A DNA stretch of 64,000 bases from Terriglobia bacterium (GTDB lineage Bacteria; Acidobacteriota; Terriglobia; 20CM-2-55-15): contig CAXWPJ010000012.1 of NCBI GenBank assembly GCA_963664115.2, positions 512,001 through 576,000 of the forward strand, written 5' to 3'. Position 1 is the first letter of the stretch. Every line of letters starts with the position of its first letter. Below are positions 55,660-64,000 of the stretch, one piece after another. The notes under the pieces are model-generated. The model was not told the origin of the DNA and did not search any database. It saw nothing but the letters and a program-made list of their open reading frames with translations. A program made the translations under genes and the position numbers.

Positions 55660-56083
55660 CATTAAAGTGTGTCGCTGGAAATACCGAGAAAAACTCTGCA
55701 AAGGATACTAAGGGAGGAAGTTAGGCGCTATTAAATTCTCAGGTCAAACGTTAGATTCTTATCGGGAGTAACCCGGCGAGAGGCGAGGGGGACAAGTGGT
55801 GATGAATGACCGGGTTACTTTCGATGAGGGCGTTTGAAGGAAGCCGCCCACAGGTCAGGCGGCTATGTAGTTTGAAAGCGGTTTCGGGTATCGACGACGT
55901 GGAGGTGGACCGAGTAAGCGCCCCGGTTGAAACCAAAAGGTCGGTTTGAAGCTGGGGATTTGAGACTCACCGTATCTGAGAATGATGACTGAAACACTGT
56001 TGTCGTGGTGAATTTGGGCAACCAGACGCACGTCGGCTGAACGTGCCCGAGCACGTCGCCAGTTCCAATGGAATGGGGGGGTG

Positions 56084-57265
56084 TCAGGAAGAATCGAATC
56101 CCCTCCTTTCAAGTGGCCACCGGATCTGGGCCGCGGTGAGCCGCTCCCCGATCGTCATGGCCGCGCCGCAGTTGGGACAGCGCCAGGAGTTGGGGCGTGC
56201 ATCGGTCGATCGTTCAGATGTCTGAGTCGCAGTAGCACCTCCTAACCAATGCCGGCACAAAGGCAGCAGTGAACCACGATGGCGGGCTGAGAGAAAACCA
56301 AAGAACCGGATGCGGACGAAGCGGCGCGGCAAGGTGTGGGTGAGAAAGCGGATGAGAAACTGTTCAGCCGGAAGCGTCATGTTGCGGGGTGCGTGCTTGT
56401 GCCGGGAGTCTTTCCAGCGAAACGTAACCTGACCGTCCTGGAGATCGACGAGGCGGTGGTTGGAGATGGCGACCCGATGTGTGTAACGGGCCAGATAGTG
56501 GAGTACGTGTTTGGGCCCGCCGAATGGACGCTTGGAGTAGACGACCCAGTCGATGTGATGGAGCGGGCCGATAAAGGCCGCGAATCGTTTCGGGTCGTTT
56601 AATGGGGCCAGATCGCCATAGAAACGTAGCTCTCCCCGCTTGAACGATCGCCGAAGCCGGTCCAGAAACTTACCCCGAAACACTTCACTGAGCACCTTCA
56701 CTGGAAGGAAGAACCGATGGCGGGCCCGAATCCATCGGGTGTGGTCGCCCGACAGGCCACCGGCAGGAACGACACAATGGATGTGGGGATGATGACCCAG
56801 CGTCTGACTCCAGGTATGGAGCACGCTGAGCACGCCAATCTGGGCGCCCAGATGTTTCCCGTTGGCGGCCACTTCCTGCAACGTGGCCGCGCTGGCCCCA
56901 AACAGCAGGGCATAGATCACACGTTTGTTCTGATAAGCCAACCGCGCCAGGGGTTGGGGCAGGGTGAAAACGACATGCACGTAGCGAGTCGGCAGTAACT
57001 CCCCGGTGCGATCCGTCACCCACTGGTCACGGGCACGGGTCTGACACTTCGGGCAATGCCGATTGCGGCACGAGTTGTAGGAGAGGGCGCGATAGTCGCA
57101 GTTCGATTCCGAGCATCGGTCCCGGTGGCCTCCCAGCGCCGCGGTGCGACACTGCTGAATAGAGTTGAGGACGCGCAACTGACCGCCATCGAGCCGGCGA
57201 TGCGCCACCAGGTCGGAACCATGACGACGGATGATGTCGGCCACCTCAAGGGTGGGCCGGGTCAC
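56084..57265 (-). CDS. IS91-family (Y2/HUH) transposase with zinc-binding domain
   Basis: YNSCRNRHCPKC, HVVFTLP, HPHIH and YLARYTHR motifs. Confidence 0.95.
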   Translation of the reverse strand: MTRPTLEVADIIRRHGSDLVAHRRLDGGQLRVLNSIQQCRTAALGGHRDRCSESNCDYRALSYNSCRNRHCPKCQTRARDQWVTDRTGELLPTRYVHVVFTLPQPLARLAYQNKRVIYALLFGASAATLQEVAANGKHLGAQIGVLSVLHTWSQTLGHHPHIHCVVPAGGLSGDHTRWIRARHRFFLPVKVLSEVFRGKFLDRLRRSFKRGELRFYGDLAPLNDPKRFAAFIGPLHHIDWVVYSKRPFGGPKHVLHYLARYTHRVAISNHRLVDLQDGQVTFRWKDSRHKHAPRNMTLPAEQFLIRFLTHTLPRRFVRIRFFGFLSARHRGSLLPLCRHWLGGATATQTSERSTDARPNSWRCPNCGAAMTIGERLTAAQIRWPLERRGFDSS

Positions 57266-58146
57266 CGCAACCCGACTTCGCTTGAATCCAATAGCGGGAT
57301 CTGATCCAGCGGATTCTTTATGGCCTGTAAGTGCCGGTTCGACAGATGCAGATACAGCGTGGTGTGCTTCAGGTCAGCGTGGCCCAACAGGAGTTGAATC
57401 GTGTAGAGATCGGTCCCGTCTTCCAACAGGTGCGTTGCGTAGCTGTGTCGCAGGCTGTGAGGTGAGATCCGCTTGCGGAGAATCGCGCGCTCACGCGCTT
57501 CCCGGCAAGCGCGCCACACCATCTTCGTGGAGATCGGTGCATCGACCCGACGGCGCCGTTTCATGCCCGGAAACAGGTAGGTCTTCGGCTTCATCCAGCG
57601 CGCGTACTGGCGCAATGTCTCCAGTAGTCGTGGACTCAGCGGCACGGCCCGGTCCCGTCCGCGTTTCCCACCCCGGATCTGAATCACCATCCGTGCGCTG
57701 TCGATGTCCTCTATTTTGAGGCACACCAGTTCACCGCGACGCATCCCGGTGCCGTAGAGCGTCATCAGCATCGCCCGCTGCATCAACGTGCGACACCCAT
57801 CGATCAATCGGGCCACTTCCCCACGAGAGAGCACGACCGGCAATCGCCGATCCTGTTTCGGCATCGGTGTGTGTTCGAGCAGATAGGTCCGATTCAGTGT
57901 CTTAACGAAGAAGAAGCGTAATGCCGAGACGTGTTGCGCCACTGTCCGGGCCGACAACCCCCGATCTCGAAACAGGTGCACCTGGTACTGCCGGATCTCG
58001 TCGGCTCCCAATCGGTCCGGCGCTCGGCGGAAATGTCGGGCAAAGTTCCCCAGGATTCTCAGGTAGGTCTGTACCGTTCTCGGAGCGTAATTACGTCGCT
58101 GGAGCTCGTCCAGCATCAACCTGCGGTTGGGCGTCATTCGGATCAT
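57262..58146 (-). CDS. Tyrosine recombinase with N-terminal SAM-like domain, coupled to the IS91 transposase
   Basis: YGTGMR, HSLRHSYATH and LLGH...TTLY catalytic motifs; 4-bp overlap with the transposase. Confidence 0.95.
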   Translation of the reverse strand: MIRMTPNRRLMLDELQRRNYAPRTVQTYLRILGNFARHFRRAPDRLGADEIRQYQVHLFRDRGLSARTVAQHVSALRFFFVKTLNRTYLLEHTPMPKQDRRLPVVLSRGEVARLIDGCRTLMQRAMLMTLYGTGMRRGELVCLKIEDIDSARMVIQIRGGKRGRDRAVPLSPRLLETLRQYARWMKPKTYLFPGMKRRRRVDAPISTKMVWRACREARERAILRKRISPHSLRHSYATHLLEDGTDLYTIQLLLGHADLKHTTLYLHLSNRHLQAIKNPLDQIPLLDSSEVGLR

Positions 58147-58256
58147 AGAGATATCCCTCCTGTATCTCTACAACCCGATACCCTCCCTCAGTCAGGCCCG
58201 GTCCTTCACCACGCACGCAAAGCGTCCGCCGCGCCAGCGGCTTAGTTCAAACGACA

Positions 58257-58273
58257 TTGTCGGACGTTGAGAA
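58257..58273 (-). repeat. Inverted left arm of the array site
   Basis: Reverse complement TTCTCAACGTCCGACAA. Confidence 0.85.
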
Positions 58274-58292
58274 AAGGCCTGGGAAATGGGGG

Positions 58293-58332
58293 TTCTCAAG
58301 GTCCGAGAAGATGATTTATCAGGACTTGAACT
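58293..58332 (+). repeat. 40-bp dif-like array site, intact
   Basis: TTCTCAAGGTCCGAGAAGATGATTTATCAGGACTTGAACT, then INIVLKWFEELKERVPMP* remnant. Confidence 0.95.
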
Positions 58333-58480
58333 CGAAAATCACGGCATCGGCACCCGCTCCTTCAGTTCTTCAAACCACTTCAGGACGATGTTGATCCGGG
58401 ACCGCCTCGCCCCACCGATGTCAGCTCTGCCAGCTGGAACAATCGTGATGAATTCTTCGCCGGCTGGGTGATGCCCACTT

Positions 58481-59608
58481 CTAACGAGCCGGATCACGGA
58501 CTACGTTGCGCAGGTCCTCGTACGTTCCGACATCGCCATGAATGCCAACGATTGTTTGCACGTTCAAATTCAATGCCTCGATGCCTTCGAGGAGCTCGCG
58601 CGGCAACTCGCCCGGCCGTATGCTCCCCCCCTCGCGAGGGCTGACATGGTCCGCCTCGATCAGAATGCGTTCTCCTGGAAGATAAATGATCTGGTAATCG
58701 TCCGCGTGCGATGTCGCATATGGGTAAATTTCAATTTGTCGGCTCCCGTCGGTCAGGATCTTCGGTTCCGTGATCCCTTCGACGACGGCTGCATCCCGGC
58801 TCTGTTCCAAACGCTCCGCCCGGATGGTGTGCGGTGCTCTGGCGATGCGCTCATAGTGTGCTGCACTGATCGCCGGCGCGACAATCGTTGCCCCCGCTTC
58901 CGTGTATGTCCGTATGCCGCCTGAGTGATCGTTGTGGAAATGGGTTGGAATAACGTAGCGGATCGGCTTCGTTGGAAAGCGCTGTCTGATCGCCGCGAGA
59001 ACGCTTTCTGAACGCTCTTCATAGAGCGGCGCCTCAACGACCACAAGATGGTCCTGAAACTCGATGAGCACGCTGTTGTGCGACGTTCCCCGGATATGAA
59101 TGACGCCGTCGGCGAGCGGCACGAACTCCACCGGTATGTCCCTGCCAAAATCCAGGTAGCTGACATTCATCGCCAGACGGCGCAAGAGCCATTGCGAGGG
59201 GATCGGCTCTCCTTCGATGTCTTGACGCCGTAGGGCCTCAGGCACCAGGAACGTTTCGGGCGAGAGCTCAACATTGTGGCGCACGGACTGGAGGCGTTCG
59301 CTCTGAAGCAGTTTCCCGTTGATTTCATGTCGCAGGTCGAAAGGCACCATGATGCCATCCACAGACTGCCAGTCTGCGTAACGCAGGGTGTACCGGCTAT
59401 CCCCGTAGATGGGGTCGTGTTCGAGGATGTCGACTTGTGTAAGGAGCTTAGTCCGGACATCCAGGTAGATTTGAAATTCCTCACCGTCGTTGTCAAAGCT
59501 CAGGACGCGCTGTGGCAGCCCCTCCACTTCGGTATCGGGGAGCCGCGTCAGGCTCGCCCGTCCCAGCGCCGTGAGCACGAGGGCATTGGCTGAACGCTGT
59601 TCTTCCCG
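58481..59608 (-). pseudogene. MBL-fold metallo-hydrolase, 5'-truncated by IS
   Basis: THFHNDHSGG motif. Confidence 0.85.
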
Positions 59609-61098
59609 TGTAGCCCGTCAGAGCATTTCGCACAGAATCCGCTGAAAAACTAAGAGACACTTTTCTAATCAGAACGATCTGAAGGAGGATCGAATGAGTG
59701 AGAAAGTGTCGGCAGAGAATCGGGTACGGGAGATTCGTCGGAAGACGAGGAAGAAGTACTCGTCGGAAGAGAAAGTGCGGATTGTGTTGGAAGGACTGCG
59801 AGGTGAAGAGAGCATCGCAGCGCTGTGCCGACGCGAAGGGATTCCGTCAAATCTGTATTACCGGTGGAGCAAGGACTTCCTGGAGGCGGGGAAGAAACGG
59901 CTGGCTGGGGACACGAAGCGGGAAGCGACATCGAGCGAAGTCACTGAATTACGCCAGGAGAACGAACAGCTGAAGCAGGTGGTAGCTGAAATACTGCTAA
60001 AGAATCGTTTTCTGAAAAAAACGTTGAACGTAACGGACTCCGAGAGCATCGATATATGAGGCAATCGGGATCTGAGAAGCTGGAGACGATCCGAGTGGTG
60101 GAAGACTCGGAGTTGTCGGTGACAGCGACCCTCCGGGAGCTGGGCGTCCCCCGCAGCACGTTCTACGGTTGGTATCGACGATACAAAGAGCGTGGCGCAG
60201 CCGGCTTGTTAGATCGGCATTCCGGCCCCGGCTTCTGCTGGAACCGGATTCCGGGACCGGTGCGGGAACAGGTGGTCGAAACCGCGTTGAACCACCCGGA
60301 AGCCTCACCGCGGGAACTGGCCTGGCAGATCACCGACACCCAGGACTACTTCATCTCCGAATCCAGCGTGTATCGGATTCTGAAGAGATGCGACCTGATC
60401 ACCAGTCCCGCATACATCGTGATGACGGCCAGCGATCACTTCCAGCAGCCAACCCGGCGTGTGAACGAACTCTGGCAAACTGATTTCACTTACTTCAGGG
60501 TCGTCGGTTGGGGTTGGTACTACCTGTCGACCGTGCTGGACGATTACTCTCGCTACATCATCGCCTGGAAGCTCTTTCAAACCATGGCCGCATCTGACGT
60601 TCAGGACACGCTGGACGTTGCACTACAGGCGACAGATGTCGGACAAGTACAAGTCCGGCACCGACCGCGATTGTTGAGCGACAACGGCCCCTGCTACGTA
60701 TCGCACGAACTCAAAGACTATTTACAACGTCGTGGTATGGAACACACCCGGGGTGCGCCCTATCACCCGATGACACAGGGCAAGATCGAACGCTATCACC
60801 GTTCGATGAAGAACGTGGTCAAGTTGGAACACTACTATTATCCGTGGGAACTTGAGCAGGCGATCGCGCAATGGGTCGAACACTACAACCACCATCGGTA
60901 TCACGAATCTCTGAACAACGTGACACCGGCTGACGTGTTCTTCGGGAGGGATCAGCAGATCCTTGCACGTCGTGACCAGATCAAAAGAAAAACGCTGGCT
61001 CGACGCAAAATCGAGAACCTTAGGATTGGAGTGGTATAACTTCAAAACCGTCTCTTAGCTAAATGGTCTTTTTGTCCGAATTATTCTGACGACGTACA
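59609..61098 (+). mobile_element. IS3-family IS, full copy 4
   Basis: Same ends; orfA 59694-60059, orfB 60056-61039. Confidence 0.95.
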
Positions 61099-62190
61099 GT
61101 GCACCCCTACGGAGTTGCCATAGATGCTGCTGGAAATATCATAGTAGGCGATGTAGGCAATGCAGGCACAGGTAGCATCATAAGTGTGAATCCGGCTACC
61201 GGCGTCCAGAATCTCATTTCCTTTAATGGGTGGATTGATGCTCCAGTGGCTGTAGCGATAGATGCCTCCGGCGACATCATCGTGGGAGATGTCGCAACCC
61301 ACGCCATCATCAGGGTAAACCCGTTGACCGGCGCCCAGGAGCTCATCACCGGGGGTATCGCTAATCCTTCGGGTATAGCCATTGACACCTCCGGTCACAT
61401 CATTGCGACTAACAACACCGAAATAATCAGTGTGAATCCAGTCACGGGCGCCCAAACGGTCCTCCCTATTCCCGCGGCTGGGTCATTATTCGTCAATCTC
61501 GAAGGTGTAGCCATAGATGGCGCTGGTAATCTTATCGTTGGCAACGGGGGCGTTTCGGGCACCCTGCCTCGCATCATCAGTGTGAATCCAGTCACGGGCG
61601 CCCAAACGGTGATTTCTTCGAATCCATGCTGTGCAACACAGGGTAACCACTTCTGGAATCCCTTTGGTGTCGCGATTGACGCCGCCGGAGATATCATCGT
61701 TTCCGATTGGAGCTCTAATAAAATCGTAAAGGTGGATCCTGTTAGCGGTGTCCAAACGCTGATTTCTTCTGGTGGTGTATTTAATGATCCCTTGGGCATA
61801 GCCATCGTCCCCCCTCTCGTGGAGACCGTCGTGACCATCGACATCAAGCCGGGAACTGATCAAAATTCCATCAATCTCAAGAGCAAAGGTGTGATCGCCG
61901 TCGCCATACTTTCGGAAGGTGATTTCGATGCGGTTGCAGAGATAACCCCTGAAAATGTTTCAGGAATCCTCTTTGGTCCGAGTGAAGCTTCCCCAGCGCA
62001 CGACCCTGCGGGCCATGTGGGAGATGTTGACGGTGACGGCGATGTGGACGTTGTACTGCATTACCGAACCCAGGAAACCGGAATCAGCGACGGAGACGAC
62101 GAAGCGTGTATTTCCGTCAGTGGCGAGATATTGGCCTGCGATTCGATCCTCATCACACCCGGCAGTAGCAAGGGTGGGGGCAGAAGGTAG
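61099..62190 (+). pseudogene. NHL-like beta-propeller protein, 5'-truncated by IS
   Basis: PxGVAIDAAGxIIV...VNPVTGAQ repeats; C-terminal IDIKPG...DVDGDGD domain. Confidence 0.8.
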
Positions 62191-62212
62191 TACTCAACTA
62201 ATTCTGATCGAA

Positions 62213-62241
62213 GAGGCTCGTCCATGTGGCGGGCCTTTTTT
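62213..62241 (+). terminator. Intrinsic terminator
   Basis: AGGCTCGTC-CATGT-GGCGGGCCT hairpin followed by a T-tract. Confidence 0.65.
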
Positions 62242-62441
62242 CTTGTGTCTCCTGGCCCCTAAAGACCGCAACTCGACTCGTCCACCATCACCAACCACGA
62301 AAAAGATCTCGTAACGGCCTAATTTGGTGCCGGGTTCCATGTTTAAAGTGTGACGCTAAGTGGAACAGCGAAATTCTGGTAAGTCTATCTACATGGGAGG
62401 GATATTGGCAAGGAAAGGGTCAACTCCCGAAACTTGGCAAA

Positions 62442-62481
62442 TTCTCAACGTCCGGGAAGATGATTTCTCAGGACTTGAGAA
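62442..62481 (+). repeat. 40-bp dif-like array site, intact
   Basis: TTCTCAACGTCCGGGAAGATGATTTCTCAGGACTTGAGAA. Confidence 0.95.
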
Positions 62482-62551
62482 TCATTTTCATGGTCATTTA
62501 GGGCACCGGCACAACACAAGTTTTCTCTCAGGCGCGCAATTGTACGTGGAC

Positions 62552-62887
62552 TCACGAGACAATCGGTCGGGGATCGAAGAATGCCCTAACTTCGACGATG
62601 CTACCATTCGAGACCCGAAAGTAGTCACACACCTCGATCACTTCGCCGGCGGCAACAAACTGGAAGAGGACGCACGCGTGCTCCCCCTGCACAATCTGTT
62701 GCTTGACTCGAATGTCGGTCATTTGATGGGCTACCTGAGTAAGAGTTTCGACCACAACTGCTCTCCCTACCAACTGCTCTAACACCGGTCCGTCGAACGG
62801 GATGCGTGAAGTTGTTGGTACATGCGTGAAGTTGTTGGCCTGAAGACCCTCAATATATCGAACGGCGCATTCTGCTGTGTTTGACAC
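62552..62887 (-). CDS. SnoaL/NTF2-like protein (single-gene interval)
   Basis: VCDYFRVSNGSIVEVRAFFDPR C-terminus. Confidence 0.75.
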   Translation of the reverse strand: MSNTAECAVRYIEGLQANNFTHVPTTSRIPFDGPVLEQLVGRAVVVETLTQVAHQMTDIRVKQQIVQGEHACVLFQFVAAGEVIEVCDYFRVSNGSIVEVRAFFDPRPIVS

Positions 62888-62944
62888 TCGGTGGCATCCT
62901 CCGAAGTAAAAGCGTCAAGAGCTTGGTACAACCCAACCGTGCAA

Positions 62945-62984
62945 TTCTCAACGTCCGGGAAGATGATTTGTCAGGACTTGAGAA
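62945..62984 (+). repeat. 40-bp dif-like array site, intact
   Basis: TTCTCAACGTCCGGGAAGATGATTTGTCAGGACTTGAGAA. Confidence 0.95.
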
Positions 62985-63091
62985 TGGATTGCAGCGGTAG
63001 ACAGAGACGGACGGCCCACTTTACGGTGCTTCTTCAAGTTCCTACATCCGTTTCTGGCAATAGATGTTGGCGTCGCGTCCGGACGCGGGGT

Positions 63092-63931
63092 TCAGGACCG
63101 CTTCGTCCGAACCAATGCTGGCGCACGCTCGGCGACGGCAGAAATAAGGGAACCCATCTTCGGATGATCTGGCTCGAGGTCGACCTGAAGGCCGTGTCGT
63201 TTAATGGCAATGCTACAGATCGGGCCGATCGACGCGACCAGGACGTCTTGAAAGGCCAATCTCAGGGAGTCGGCCACTTCTGGTCCGGCAACCTGGAAGA
63301 GGTGATCCACCTGAATCGCGCTCATGAACAGCGCGATGTCGATCTTGCCCTCGAGAATCTGCTGGATCGCCTCGTGCAGAGGCCTCAGATTCTCGGGAAG
63401 AGCCCAGCGGTAAACCGGTACGGTCAACACTTCTGCGCCGCGCTCTCGCAGGCCCGCTAGCAGCTCCGGATTCCGTTGGCCATATTCCTGCACTGCGACT
63501 CGCTTGCTGGGCAGCTCAACCCGTTCGTCCAAAGTCGCCAGCAGTTCCCGCCAAGTGTTCGGCTCAGGAACAGATATCGTGGGTTTCAAGCCGAGCTCGC
63601 GGAGCGCGGCCACTGGCTTCGGTCCTCGTGTCACGGTAGTTGCAGAGGCAAGGGCAGCAATGAATTCCTCTCGATCCATCTGCTCGAAAACCGCTTGCGC
63701 GAGAAATCGGGTCCCGACTCCTGTCAGAAGAACCACTATATCGATCTCGCCGCGACACAACGCGCGCGCAAACTCGACCGCCGGCTCGTTTTTAGATAGT
63801 GGCACTTCCTGTAGAGCGGGCGCGCTCATCGGCTCTCCTCCCTGTCGGCGTATCAGCTCCGAGACCTCATTCGCGCGCCGACTTTCGAACGTGACTAGAC
63901 ACAGCCCGCTCAGTCTTCCAGAATCGCTCAT
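63092..63931 (-). CDS. hemD: Uroporphyrinogen-III synthase
   Basis: FESRR, LTGVG, RGPKP, VPVYRW and SIGP motifs. Confidence 0.88.
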   Translation of the reverse strand: MSDSGRLSGLCLVTFESRRANEVSELIRRQGGEPMSAPALQEVPLSKNEPAVEFARALCRGEIDIVVLLTGVGTRFLAQAVFEQMDREEFIAALASATTVTRGPKPVAALRELGLKPTISVPEPNTWRELLATLDERVELPSKRVAVQEYGQRNPELLAGLRERGAEVLTVPVYRWALPENLRPLHEAIQQILEGKIDIALFMSAIQVDHLFQVAGPEVADSLRLAFQDVLVASIGPICSIAIKRHGLQVDLEPDHPKMGSLISAVAERAPALVRTKRS

Positions 63932-64000
63932 CGTGAAAACGTCCTACAGCAGACAGGTCCGGACAGAGTGTCAAGTACTTCAGCACTGTCTGCCAGAATG

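Overview
An IS-riddled accessory region of a bacterial genome; the gene content suggests Acidobacteriota (inference from Ser/Thr-kinase remnants, DUF1080, DUF6152 and an ECF sigma/anti-sigma/DUF4252 operon). Its main organising feature is not visible in the ORF track: a 40-bp site, consensus TTCTCAACGTCCGAGAA-GATGAT-TTHTCAGGACTTGA(GAA/CCN). It occurs 20 times in one orientation (15 intact, 2 split by insertions, 3 right halves), plus one inverted half, and often brackets single unrelated genes. Its inverted arms around an invariant asymmetric 6-bp core resemble a dif/tyrosine-recombinase site rather than attC, REP or a CRISPR repeat, suggesting an integron-like cassette array. Three unrelated mobile element types have inserted into the site: IS30 (twice), an IS110/IS1111 element whose 3' noncoding region carries a matching guide-like sequence, and an ORF-less group II intron whose EBS1 matches the site. 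Many intervals begin with the last codons of a Ser/Thr-kinase-like gene. Also present: a second repeat family with a XerD-like arm, a candidate MerB-like selenoprotein (in-frame UGA plus SECIS-like hairpin) in an operon with a rhodanese-cytochrome c fusion, four full IS3-family copies plus fragments, two IS256, one IS21, a tyrosine recombinase/IS91 element, and a captured polysaccharide gene block. All calls are by eye; no database searches were run.
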